This document shows positions 18,301 through 32,900 of a stretch of DNA of 64,000 bases, piece after piece. Each line of letters opens with the position of its first letter. The first letter of the stretch is position 1. A model generated the notes under the pieces. The model searched no databases and had not been told where the DNA came from. It was given only the letters and a program-made list of their open reading frames with translations. The stretch comes from Eledone cirrhosa. Its lineage: Eukaryota. Position numbers and translations under genes: made by a program. The stretch covers positions 7,998,001-8,062,000 of the forward strand of contig OZ024756.1 in assembly GCA_964016885.1 (NCBI GenBank), read 5' to 3'.

Positions 18301-18640
18301 TTAATCTATAGTCTTACTATATATATCACACTCTCTACATTATCTAATATATAGTCTTACTATATCACACACTCTACATCATCAAATCTATAGTCTTACT
18401 ATATATATCTCCCCCTCTACATTATCTAATCTATAATCTTACTATATCACACTCTCTACATTATCTAATCTATAGTCTTACTATATACATCCCACTATAT
18501 GCATTATCTAATCTATAGTCTTACTATATATATGACACTCTCTACATTATCTAATCTATAGTCTTACTATATATATCTCACTCTCTACATTATCTAATCT
18601 ATAGTCTTACTATATCACACTCTGTACATTATCTAATCTA
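15330..18640 (+). repeat. ~1.6-1.7-kb tandem duplication (higher-order repeat) within the satellite
   Basis: Rare variant CTCTAGTTCATCTAATCTATAGACTTATTAT occurs at 15364 and 16972 (offset 1608). Matching ORF-track translations end at 16248 and 17943 (offset 1695, after about 2 extra monomers). Boundaries are approximate. Confidence 0.85.
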
Positions 18641-21600
18641 TAGTCTTATTATATATATCACACTCTCTACATTATGTAATCTATAGTCTTACTATATGTA
18701 TCACACTATCTACATTATATTCTATAGTCTTACTATATATATCACACTCTCTACATTATCTAATCTATAGTCTTACTATATACATCCCACTCTATGCATT
18801 ATCTAATCTATAGTCTTACTATATATATCACACTCTCTACATTATCTAATCTATAGTCTTACTATATATATCTCACTCTCTACATTATCTAATCTATAGC
18901 CTTACTATATCACAATCTGTACATTATGTAATGTATAGTCTTACTATATATATCTCACTTTCTACATTATCTAATCTATAGTCTTACTATATCTCACTCT
19001 CTACAATATCTATTCTATAGTCTGACTATATCACACTCTGTACATTATCTAATCTATAGTCTTACTATATATATCACACTCTCTACATTATGTAATCTAT
19101 AGTCTTATTAAATCACACTCTCTACATTATCTAATCTATAGTCTTACTATATGTATCACACTATCTACATTATCTATTCTATAGTCTTACTATATATATC
19201 ACACTCTCTACATTATATTACCTATAGACTTACTATATATATCACACTCTCTACATTATTTAATCTATAGTTTTACTATATCACACTCTCTACATTATCT
19301 AATCTATAGTCTTACTATATCTCACTCTCTACATTATCTATTCTATAGTCTGACTATATCACACTCTGTACATTATCTAATCTATAGTCTTACTATATAT
19401 ATCACACTCTCTACATTATGTAATCTATAGCCTTACTATATCACAGTCTCTACATTATCGAATCTATAGTCTTACCATATATATCACACTCTCTACATTA
19501 TCTAAAATATAGTATTACTATATCACACTCTCTAGATTATCTAATTTATTGTCTTACTATATCTCACTCTCTACATTATCTAATCTATAGTCTTACTATG
19601 TCACACTCTGTACATTATCTAATCTATAGTCTTACCATATCACATTCTCTACATTATCTAATCTACAGTCTTACTATATATATCACACGCTCTACATTAT
19701 CTAATCTATAGTCTTACTATATCTCACTCTCTACATTATCTAATCTATAGTCTTACTATATACATCCCGCTCTCTGCATTATCTAATCTATACTCTTATT
19801 ATATCACACACTCTACATTATCTAATCTATAGTCTTACTATATCTCACTCTCTACATTATGTAATCTATAGCCTTACTATATCACAGTCTCTACATTATC
19901 GAATCTATAGTCTTACTATATAAATCACACTCTCTACTTTATCTAATCTATAGACTTATTATATATATCACACTCCCTACATTATCTAATCTAGAGTCTT
20001 ACTATATATATCACACTCTCCACATTATGGAATCTATGGTCTTATTATATCACACTCTCTACATTATCTAATCAATAGTCTTACTATATATATCACACTC
20101 TCTACATAATCTAATCTCTAGTCTTACCATATCACATTCTCTACATTATCTAATCTATAGTCTTACAATATAACACTTTCTACATTATCTAATCTATAGT
20201 CTTACTGTATCTCACTCTCTACCTTAACTAATCTATAGTCTTCCTATATCTCACTCTCTACATTATCTATTCTATAGTCTTAGTATATTTATCACACTCT
20301 CTACATAATCTAATCTATAGTTTTACTATATCACACTCTGTACATTATCTAATACAGTCTTACTATATCACACTATCTACGTAATCTAATCTATAGTCAT
20401 ACTATATCTCACTCTCTACTTTATCTAATCTATAGTCTTACTATATTTATCACACTCTATACATAATCTAATCTATAGTCTTACTATATCGCACTCTCTA
20501 AATGTCTAATCTATAGTCTTAGTATATCACACTCTCTACATTATCTAATCTAGAGTCCTACTATATATATCACACTCTCCACATTATGTAATCTATGGTC
20601 TTATTATATCACACTCTCTACATTATCTAATCAATAGTCTTACTATATAAATCACACTCTCTGCATAATTTAATCTCTAGTCTTACCATATCACATTCTC
20701 TACATTATCTAATCTATAGTCTTACAATATAACACTCTCTATATTATCTAATCTATAGTCTTACTATATATATCTCACTCTCTACATTATCTAATCTATA
20801 GTCTTCCTATATCTCACTCTCTACATTATCTATTCTATAGTCTTACTATATCACACTCTCTACATTATCTAATACATAGTCTTACTATATCACACTATCT
20901 ACGTAATCTAATCTGTAGTCATACTATATCTCACTCTCGACATTATCTAATCTATAGTCTTACCAAATCACACTCTCTACATTATCTAATCTATAATGTT
21001 ACTATATCTCACTTTCTACATTATCTAATCTATAGTCTTAGTATATCACTCTCTCTACATTATCTAATCTATAGTCTTACTATATATATCACACTCTCTA
21101 CACTATCTAATATATAGTCTCACTATATCACACTCTCTATTTTATCTAATCTATAGTCTCACTATATATATCACACTCTCTACTCTATCTAAGCTATAGA
21201 CTTACTATATATATCACACTCTCTACATTATCTAGTCTATAGTCTTACTATATCTCACTCTCTACATTATCTAATCTATAGTCTTACTATATCACACTCT
21301 CTACATTATCTAATATATAGTCTTACCATATCACATTCTCTACATTATCTAATCTACAGTCTTACTATATATATCACACACTCTACATTATCTAATCTAT
21401 AGTCTTAGTATATCACATTCTCTACATTATCTAATCTATAGTCTTACTATATACATCCCACTTTCTGCATTATCTAATCTATAGTATTACTATATCACAC
21501 TCTGTACATTATCTAATCTATAGTCTTACTATATATATCTCACTCTCTACATTATCTAATCTATAGTCTTACTATATCTCACTCTCTACCTTATCTATTC

Positions 21601-22260
21601 TATAGTCTTACTATATCACACACTCTACATTATCTAATCTATACTCTTACTATATACATCCCACTTTCTGCTTTATCTAATCTATAGTCTTACTATATAT
21701 ATCACACTCTCTACATTATCTAATATATAGTCTTACTATATCACACTCTCTACATTATCTAATCTATACTCTTACTATATACATCCCACTTTCTGCATTA
21801 TCTAATCTATAGTCTTACTATATATATCACACTCTCTACATTATCTAATATATAGTCTTACTATATAACACTCTCTACATTATCTAATCTATAGTCTTAC
21901 TATATCACACTCTCTACATTATTTATTCTATAGTCTTACTATATCACACTATGTACATTATCTAATCTACAGTCTTACTATATCTCACTCTCTACGTTAT
22001 CTAATCTATAGTCTTACTATATATATCTCACCCTCTACATTATCTAATCTATAGTCTTACTATGTCACACTCTCTACATTATTTAATATGTAGTCTTACT
22101 ATATCTCACTCTCTGCTTTATCTCATCTATAGTCTTAGTATATCACTCTCTCTACATTATCTAATCTATAGTCTTACTATATATATCACACTATCTACAT
22201 TAACTAATCTATAGTTTTACTATATCACACTCTCTACATTATCTAATCTATAGTCTTACT

Positions 22261-22857
22261 ATATCTCACTCTCTACATTATCTAATCTATAGTCTTACTA
22301 TATTTATCACACGCTATACATAATCTAATCTATAGTATTACTTTATCACACTTTCTACATTGTCTTATCTATAGTCTTACTATATCGTACATTCTACATT
22401 GTCTAATATATAGTCTTACTAAATCACACTCTCTACATTATCTAATCTATAATCTTACTATATCTCACTCTCTACATTATCTAATCTATACTCTTACTAT
22501 ATTTATCACACGCTATACATAATCTAATCTATAGTATTACTATATCGCACTTTCTACATTGTCTAATCTATAGACTTACTATATCGCACATTCTACATTG
22601 TCTAATTTATAGTCTTACTAAATCACACTCTCTACATTATCTAATCTATAATCTTACTATACCTCACTCTCTACATTATCTAATCTATAGTCTTACTATA
22701 TTTATCACACGCTATACATAATCTAATCTATAGTATTACTATATCGCACTTTCTACATTGTCTAATCTATAGTCTTACTATATCGCACTTTCTACATTGT
22801 CTAATTTATAGTCTTACTAAATCACACTCTCTACATTGTCTAATCTATAGTCTTGCT
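22261..22857 (+). repeat. 199-bp (5-monomer) unit, three tandem copies
   Basis: Marker CGCTATACATAATC at 22312, 22511 and 22710, spaced 199 bp apart (4x39+43). Confidence 0.9.
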
Positions 22858-25800
22858 ATATCGCACTCTCTAAATGTCTACTATATAGTCTTACTATATC
22901 ACACTCTCTACATTATCTTAGCTATAGACTTACTATATATATCACACTCTCTACATTATCTATTCTATAGTCTTACTATATATATCACACTCTCTACATT
23001 GTCTTAGCTATAGACTTACTATATATATCACACTCTCTACATTATCTAATCTATAGTCTTACTATATCACACACTCTACATTATCTAATCTATAGTCTTA
23101 CTATATCTACTTTTATATTATCTAATCTATAGTCTTACTAGATCACAGTCTCTACATTATCTAATCTATACTCTTAATATATAAATCCCACTTTCTGCAT
23201 TATCTAATCTATAGTCTCACTATATATATCACACTCTCTACATTATCTAATATATAGTCTTACTATATCACACTATCTACGTAATCTAATCTATAGTCTT
23301 ACTATATCTCACTCTCTACATTATCTAATCTATAGTCTTACTATATCGCACTTTCTACAGTATCTAATCTATAATCTTACTATATCACACTCTCTACATT
23401 ATCTAATCTATAGACTTACTGTATCACACTCTCTACATTATCTAATCTAGAGTCTTACTATATCTCACTCTCTACATTATCTAATCTATAGTCTTAGTAT
23501 ATCACACTCTCTACATCATCTAATCTATAGTCTTACTATATATATCACACCCTCAACATTATCTACTCTATAGTCTCACTATATCACAGTCTCTACATTA
23601 TCTAATCTATAGTCCTACTATCTAGATCCCACTCTCTGCATTATCTAATATATAGTCTTACTATATATATCACACACTCTACATTATCTAATCTGTAGTC
23701 TTACTATATCACACTATCTATGTTATCTAATCTATAGTCTTACTATATCACACTGTCTACATTATCTAATATATAGTGTCACTATATCACACTCTCTACA
23801 ATATCTAATCTATAGTCATACTATATATATCACATTCTCTACATTATCTAAGCTAAAATCTTACCATATATATCACACTCTCTACATTATCTAATCTATT
23901 GTCTTACTATATGTATCAGACTCTCTACATTATCTAATCTATACTCTTATTATATCACACACTCTACATTATCTAATCTATAGTCTTATTATATCACACT
24001 CTCTACATTATCTAATCTAAAGTCTTACTATATATATCACACTCTCTACATTATCTAATCTATAGTCTTACTATATTGCACTCTCTACATTATCTAATCT
24101 ATAGACTTACTATATATATGACACTCTCTACATTCTCTAATCTATAGTCTTACTATATCGCACTCTCTAAATATCTACTCTATAGTCTTACTATATAACA
24201 CCCTCTACATTATCTTAGCTATAGACTTACTATATATATCACACACTCTACATTATCTATTCTATAGTCTTACTATATATATCACACTCTCTACATTATC
24301 TAAACTATAGTCTTACTATATATATCACACTCTCTAGATATTCTAATCTATAGTCACACTATATACATCCCACTCTCTGCATTCTCTAATCTATAGTCTT
24401 ACTATATATATCACACTCTCTACATTATCTAATATATAGTCTTACTATATAACACTCTCTACATTATCTAATCTATAATCATACTATATCACACTCTCTA
24501 CATTATTTATTCTATAGTCTTACTATATCACACTCTGTACATTATCTAATCTATAGACTTACTATATATATCTCACTCTCTACATCATCTACTCTATAGT
24601 CTTACTATATATATCTCACCATATACATTATCTAATCTATAGTCTTACTATATCTCGCTCTCTACTTTATCTAATCTATAGTCTTAGTATATCACTCTCT
24701 CTACATTATCTAATCTATAGTCTTACTCTATATATCACACTCTTTACATTAACTAATCTATAGTCTTACTCTATCACACTCTCTACATTTTCTAATCTAC
24801 AGTCTTACTATATCTCACTCTCTACTTAATCTAATCTATAGTCTTACTATATCGCACTCTCTACATTTTCTAATGTATAGTCTTACTATATCTCACTCTC
24901 TACATAATCTAATCTATAGTCTTACTATATCGCACTCTCTACATTGTCTAATCTATAGTCTTACTAAATCACACTCTCTACATTATCTAATCTATAGTCT
25001 TACAATATCTCGCTCTCTACATTATCTAATCTATAATCTTACTATATCACAGTCTCTACATTATCTAATCTATAGTTTTGACATATATATCACACTGTCT
25101 ACATTATCTAATCGATAGTCTTACTACATCCCAGTCTCTACATTTTCTAATCTACAGTCTTACTATATCTCACTCTCTACATTATCTAATCTATAGTCTT
25201 ACTATATCACACTCTCTGCATTATCTAAAATATACTCTTATTATATCACACACTCTACATTATCTAATCTATAGTCTTATTGTATCACACTCTCTACATT
25301 ATCTAACCTATAGTCTTACTATATATATCAGACTCCCTACATTATCTAATCTATAGTCTTACTATATCGCTCTCTCTAAATGTGTAATCTATAGTCTTAC
25401 GATATCACACTCTCTATATACATCACACTCTCTACATTATCTAATCTATAGTCTTACTATATATATCACACTCTCTACTTTATCGTTTGACTTACTATAT
25501 ATATCACACTCTCTACATTATCTAATCTATAGTCTTACTATATCGCACTCTCTAAATGTCTAATGTATAGTCTTACATATCACACTCTCTACATTATCTA
25601 ATCTATAGTCTTACTATATCTCACTCTCAACTTTATCTAATCTATAGTCTTACTATATCACACTCTCTACATTATCTAATCTATAGTCTTACTACATATA
25701 TCACGCTCTCTACATTATCTAATCTATAGTCTTACTATATATATATCACACTCTCAACATTATCTAATATATAGTCTTCATATATATATATCACACTCTC

Positions 25801-26326
25801 TACATTATCTATTCTATAGTCTTCATATATATATCACACTCTCTACATTATCTAATCCATAGTCTTACTATATCGCACTCTTTACATTGTCTAATCTATA
25901 GTCTTACTATATCACACTCTCTACATTATCTAATCTATAGTCTTGCTATATCTCACTCTCTACATTATCTAATCTATAGCCTTACTATATCTCACACTCT
26001 ACATTTTCTAATCTATAGTCTCACTATATAACACTCTCTACATTATCTAATCTATAGTCTTACTACATATATCACACTCTCTACATTATGTAATCTATAC
26101 TCTTACTATATATATCTTACTCTCTACATTATCTAATCTATAGTCTTCCTATATCACAGTCTCTACATTATCTAATCTATAGTTTTGATATATATATCAC
26201 ACTGTCTACATTATCTAATCGATAGTCTCACTATATCCCAGTCTCTACATTTTCTAATCTACAGTCTTACTATATCTCACTCTCTACATTATCTAATCTA
26301 TAGTCTTACTATATCACACTCTCTGC

Positions 26327-26343
26327 ATTATCTAAAATATACT
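26327..26343 (+). repeat. Left copy of 17-bp target-site duplication of the SINE
   Basis: ATTATCTAAAATATACT immediately precedes the non-satellite insert and is identical to 26509-26525. Confidence 0.93.
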
Positions 26344-26508
26344 GTAGAGGGTCGGACACCATGCTTTGTAGCATAGAGTTACCTCCCTTTATGATCTGAG
26401 TTCAAATCCCGCCGAGATTAACTTTACCTTTCATCCTTACGGAGTCGATAAAATAAAGTACCAGTAATGCACTGAATAATTTATGGCCTTGTGCCAAAAG
26501 TAGAAACA
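26344..26508 (+). mobile_element. tRNA-derived SINE, 165 bp, probably 5'-truncated; resembles octopus SINEs with a Nin/Deu-like core
   Basis: Unique 165-bp insert flanked by a 17-bp TSD, with a Pol III B-box-like GAGTTCAAATCCC. The core CCTTTCATCCTTACGGAGTCGATAAAATAAAGTACCAG resembles, from memory and not by search, the Nin-domain SINE motif. No clear A-box. Confidence 0.88.
26398..26410 (+). promoter_or_regulatory. RNA polymerase III B-box-like internal promoter element of the SINE
   Basis: GAGTTCAAATCCC fits the tRNA T-loop/B-box consensus GTTCRANTC. Confidence 0.75.
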
Positions 26509-26525
26509 ATTATCTAAAATATACT
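26509..26525 (+). repeat. Right copy of 17-bp target-site duplication of the SINE
   Basis: ATTATCTAAAATATACT, followed by CTTATTATATCACACAC exactly as at the uninterrupted paralogous sites (e.g. ~25220, ~30403). Confidence 0.93.
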
Positions 26526-29500
26526 CTTATTATATCACACACTCTACATTATCTAATCTATAATCTTATTGTATCACACTCTCTACATTATCTAATCTAT
26601 AGTCTTACTATATATATCAGACTCCCTACATTATCTAATCTATAGTCTTACTATATCGCTCTCTCTAAATGTCTAATCTATAGTCTTACGATATCACACT
26701 CTCTATATACATCACACACTCTACATTATCTAATCAATAGTCTTACTATATATATCACACTCTCTACTTCATCTAATCGTTTGACTTACTATATATATCA
26801 CACTCTCTACATTATCTAATCTATAGTCTTACTATATCGCACTCTCTAAATGTCTAACGTATAGTCTTACAATATCACACTCTCTACATTATCTAATCTA
26901 TAGTTTAATATATTTATCTCACTCTCTACATTATCTAATCTATAGTCTTACTATATCACACTCTCTACATTATCTAATCTATAGTCTTACTATATATATC
27001 ACGCTCTCTACATTATCTAATCTATAGTCTTACTATATATATATATAACACTCTCTACATTATCTAATATATAGTCTTCATATATATATCACACTCTCTA
27101 CATTATATATTCTATAGTCTTCATATATATATCACACTCTTTACATTGTCTAATCTATAGTCTTACTATATCACACTCTCTACATTATCTAATCTATAGT
27201 CTTGCTATATCTCACTCTCTACATCATCTAATCTATAGTCTTACTATATCTCACTCTCTACATTTTCTAATCTATAGTCTTTCTATATCACCCTCTCTAC
27301 ATTATCTAACCTATAGTCTTACTATATCACACTCTCAACATTATTTATTCTATAGTCTTAATATATCACACTCTGTACATTATCTAATCTATAGTCTTAC
27401 TATATATAGCACACTCTCTTCATTATCTAATCTATAGTCTTACTATATCACACTCTCTACATTATCGAATCTATAGTCTTACTATATACATCACACTCTC
27501 TGCTTTATCTAATCTATATTCTTACTATATATAGCACACTCTCTACATTATCTAATCTATAGTCTTACTATATATATCTCAATCTGTACATTATCTAATC
27601 TACAGTCTTACTATATTTCACTCTCTACATTCTCTAATCTATAGTCTTACTATATTTATCAGACTCTCTACATAATCTAATCTATAGTCTTACTATATCA
27701 CACTCTCTACATTATGTAATCTATAATCTTACTATATCTCACTCTCTACATTATGTAATCTATAGTCTTAATATATCACTCTCTACATTATCTAATCTAT
27801 AGCCTTACTATATATATCACACTCTCTACATTATCTTTTCTATAGTCTTACTATATATATCACACTCTCTACATTCTCTTAGCTATAGTTTTACTATATA
27901 TATCACACTCTCTACATTATCTAATCGATAGACCTACTATATCACACTCTCTACATTATCTAATCTATAATCTTACTACATCTCACTCTCTACATTTTTA
28001 ATCTATAGTCTTACTATATAACACTCTCTACATTATCTAATCCATGGTCTTACTATATCATACTCTCTACATTATCTAATCTATAGTCTTACTACATATA
28101 TCACACACTCTACATTATCTAATCTATAGACTTACTATATATATCACACTCTGTACATTTTCTAATCTACTGTCTTACTATATCTCACTCTCTACATCAT
28201 ATAATCTATAGTGTTACTATATTTGTCACACTCTATACATAATCTAATCTATGGTCTTACCATATCACATTCTCTACATTATCTGAACTATTGTCTTACT
28301 ATATATATCTCACTCTCTACATTATCTAATCTATATTCTTACTATATTCTACTTTATTTAATCTATAGTCTTATATATCACATTCTCTACATTATCTAAT
28401 CTATAGTCTTACTATATATATCACATTCTCTACATTATGTATTTTATAGTCTTAATATATATATCACACTCTCTACATTATCTATTCTATAGTCTTACTA
28501 TATATATCACACTCTCTACATTATCTAATCTATAGTCTTACTATATCACACTCTCTACATTGTCTAATCTATAGTCTTACTATATCACACTCTCTACATT
28601 ATCTAATCTATAGTCTTACTATATCTCACTCTCTACATTATCTAATCTATAGTCTTACTATATCTCACTCTCTACATTTTCTAATCTATAGTCTTACTAT
28701 ATAACACTCTCTACATTATCTAATCTATAGTCTTACCACATATATCACACTCTCTACATTATGTAATCTATAGTCTTACTATACATATCTCACTCTTTAC
28801 ATTATCTAATCTACAGTCTTACTATATCTCACACTCTACATTATCTAATCGATAGTCTTACTATATCTCACTCTGTACATTATCTAATCTATAGTCTTAC
28901 TATATCACACTCTCTGCATTATCTAAAATATACTCTTATTATATCACACACTCTACATTATGTAATCTATAATCTTATTGTATCACACTCTCTACATTAT
29001 CTAATCTATAGTCTTACTATATATACCAGACTCCCTACATTATCTAATCTATAGTCTTACTATATTGCTCTCTCTAAATGTCTAATCTATAGTCTTACGA
29101 TATCACACTCTCTATATACATCACACACTCTACATTATCTAATCAATAGTCTTACTATATATATCACACTCTCTACTTTATCTAATCGTTTGACTTACTA
29201 TATATATCACACTCTCTACATTATCTAATCTATAGTCTTACAATATCGCACTCTCTAAATGTCTAATGTATAGTCTTACAATATCACACTCTCTACATTA
29301 TCTAATCTATAGTTTAATATATTTATCTCACTCTCTACATTATCTAATCTATAGTCTTACTATATCTCACTCTCTACATTATCTAATCTATAGTCTTACT
29401 ATATCACACTCTCTACATTATATAATCTATAGTCTTACTATATATATCACGCTCTCTACATTATCTAATCTATAGTCTTACTATATATAAATAACACTCT

Positions 29501-29949
29501 CAACATTATCTAATATATAGTCTTCATATATATATCACACTCTCTACATTATCTATTCTATAGTCTTCATATATATATCACACTCTTTACATTGTCTAAT
29601 CTATAGTCTTACTATATCACACGCTCTACATTATCTAATCTATAGTCTTACTATATCTCACTCTCTACATTATCTAATCTATAGACTTACTATATCTCAC
29701 TCTCAACTTTATCTAATCTATAGTCTTACTATATCACACTCTCTACATTATCTAATCTATAGTCTTACTACATATATCACGCTCTCTACATTAACTAATC
29801 TATAGTCTTACTATATATATATCACACTCTCTACATTATCTAATATATAGTCTTCATATATATATATCACACTCTCTACATTATCTATTCTATAGTCTTC
29901 ATATATATATCACACTCTCTACATTATCTAATCCATAGACTTACTATAT

Positions 29950-32900
29950 CGCACTCTTTACATTGTCTAATCTATAGTCTTACTATATCACACTCTCTAC
30001 ATTATCTAATCTATAGTCTTGCTATATCTCACTCTCTACATTATCTAATCTATAGTCTTACTATATCTCACACTCTACATTTTCTAATCTATAGTCTCAC
30101 TATATAACACTCTCTACATTATCTAATCTATAGTCTTACTACATATATCACACTCTCTACATTATGTAATCTATACTCTTACTATATATATCTTACTCTC
30201 TACATTATCTAATCTATAGTCTTCCTATATCACAGTCTCTACATTATCTAATCTATAGTTTTGATATATATATCACACTGTCTACATTATCTAATAGATA
30301 GTCTTACTATATCCCAGTCTCTACATTTTCTAATCTACAGTCTTACTATATCTCACTCTCTACAATATCTAATCTATAGTCTTACTATATCACACTCTCT
30401 GCATTATCTAAAATATACTCTTATTATATCACACACTCTACATTATCTAATCTATAATCTTATTGTATCACACTCTCTACATTATCTAATCTATAGTCTT
30501 ACTATATATATCAGACTCCCTACATTATCTAATCTATAGTCTTATGATATCACACTCTCTATATACATCACACACTCTACATTATCTAATCAATAGTCTT
30601 ACTATATATATCACACTCTCTACTTTATCTAATCGTTTGACTTACTATATATATCACACTCTCTACATTATCTAATCTATAGTCTTACTATATCGCACTC
30701 TCTAAATGTCTAATGTATAGTCTTACAATATCACACTCTCTACATTATCTAATCTATAGTTTAATATATTTATCTCACTCTCTACATTATCTAATCTATA
30801 GTCTTACTATATCTCACTCTCTACATTATCTAATCTATAGTCTTACTATATCACACTCTCTACATTATCTAATCTATAGTCTTACTATATATATCACGCT
30901 CTCTACATAATCTAATCTATAGTCTTACTATATATATATAACACTCTCTACATTATCTAATATATAGTCTTCATATATATATCACACTCTCTACATTATA
31001 TATTCTATAGTCTTCATATATATATCACACTCTTTACATTGTCTAATCTATAGTCTTACTATATCACACTCTCTACATTATCTAATCTATAGTCTTGCTA
31101 TATCTCACTCTCTACATTATCTAATCTATAGTCTTACTATATCTCACTCTCTACATTTTCTAATCTATAGTCTTACTCTATAACACTCTCTACATTATCT
31201 AATCTATAGTCTTACCACATATATCACACTCTCTACATTATGTAATCTATAGTCTTCATATATATATCACACTCTCTACATTATCTAATCTATAGTCTTC
31301 CTATATCACCCTCTCTACATTATCTAACCTATAGTCTTACTATATCACACTCTCAACATTATTTATTCTATAGTCTTAATATATCACACTATGTACATTA
31401 TCTAATCTATAGTCTTACTATATATAGCACACTCTCTTCATTATCTAATCTATAGTCTTACTATATCACACTCTCTACATTATCGAATCTATAGTCTTAC
31501 TATATACATCACACTCTCTGCTTTATCTAATCTATAGTCTTACTATATATAGCACACTCTCTACATTATCTAATCTATAGTCTTACTATATATATCTCAA
31601 TCTGTACATTATCTAATCTACAGTCTTACTATATTTCACTCTCTACATTATCTAATCTATAGTCTTACTATATTTATCAGACTCTCTACATAATCTAATC
31701 TATAGTCTTACTATATCACACTCTCTACATTATGTAATCTATAATCTTACTATATCTCACTCTCTACATTATGTAATCTATAGTCTTAATATATCACTCT
31801 CTACATTATCTAATCTATAGCCTTACTATATATAACACACTCTCTACATTATCTATTCTATAGTCTTACTATATATATCACACTCTCTACATTCTCTTAG
31901 CTATAGTTTTACTATATATATCACACTCTCTACATTATCTAATCGATAGACCTACTATATCACACTCTCTACATTATCTAATCTATAATCTTACTACATC
32001 TCACTCTCTACATTTTTAATCTATAGTCTTACTATATAACACTCTCTACATTATCTAATCCATGGTCTTACTATATCATACTCTCTACATTATCTAATCT
32101 ATAGTCTTACTACATATATCACACACTCTACATTATCTAATCTATAGACTTACTATATATATCACACTCTGTACATTTTCTAATCTACAGTCTTACTATA
32201 TCTCACTCTCTACATCATATAATCTATAGTGTTACTATATTTGTCACACTCTATACATAATCTAATCTATGGTCTTACTATATCACATTCTCTACATTAT
32301 CTGAACTATTGTCTTACTATATATATCTCACTCTCTACATTATCTAATCTATATTCTTACTATATTCTACTTTATTTAATCTATAGTCTTATATATCACA
32401 TTCTCTACATTATCTAATCTATAGTCTTACTATATAACACTCTCTACATTATTTAATCTACAGTCTTACTATATATATATCACATTCTCTACATTATCTA
32501 TTTTATAGTCTTAATATATATATCACACTCTCTACATTATCTATTCTATAGTCTTACTATATATATCACACTCCCTACATTATCTAATCTATAGTCTTAC
32601 TATATCACACTCTCTACATTGTCTAATCTATAGTCTTACTATATCACAATCTCTACATTATCTAATCTATAGTCTTACTATATCTCACTCTCTACATTAT
32701 CTAATCTATAGTCTTACTATATCTCACTCTCTACATTTTCTAATCTATAGTCTTACTATATAACACTCTCTACATTATCTAATCTATAGTCTTACCACAT
32801 ATATCACACTCTCTACATTATGTAATCTATAGTCTTACTATACATATCTCACTCTTTACATTATCTAATCTACAGTCTTACTATATCTCACACTCTACAT

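Larger units (their letters stand above)
1..26343 (+). repeat. 39/43-bp AT-rich tandem satellite array, segment 1 (runs off the left edge of the window)
   Basis: Continuous head-to-tail copies of TCACACTCTCTACATTATCTAATCTATAGTCTTACTATA, with or without an extra TATA. The consensus has 1 G and 10 C per 39 bp on this strand and no CpG. Confidence 0.99.

Noticed and set aside
26331-26340. L1-endonuclease TT|AAAA target site in the variant monomer (CTAAAA)
   Set aside because: The motif lies in the middle of the TSD rather than at its edge, so it is not the nick site.
26344-26508. A functional tRNA gene, or the coding tail of ORF 26185-26376
   Set aside because: Only a B-box-like motif is present, with no cloverleaf or clear A-box. 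The TSD marks a retroposed insert, and the ORF is satellite read-through.
26485-26508. SINE 3' end derived from this RTE's 3' UTR (partner pair)
   Set aside because: The resemblance is only a short A-rich stretch (CAAAAGTAGAAAC vs CAAAGTAAAAC), too weak to support a pairing.
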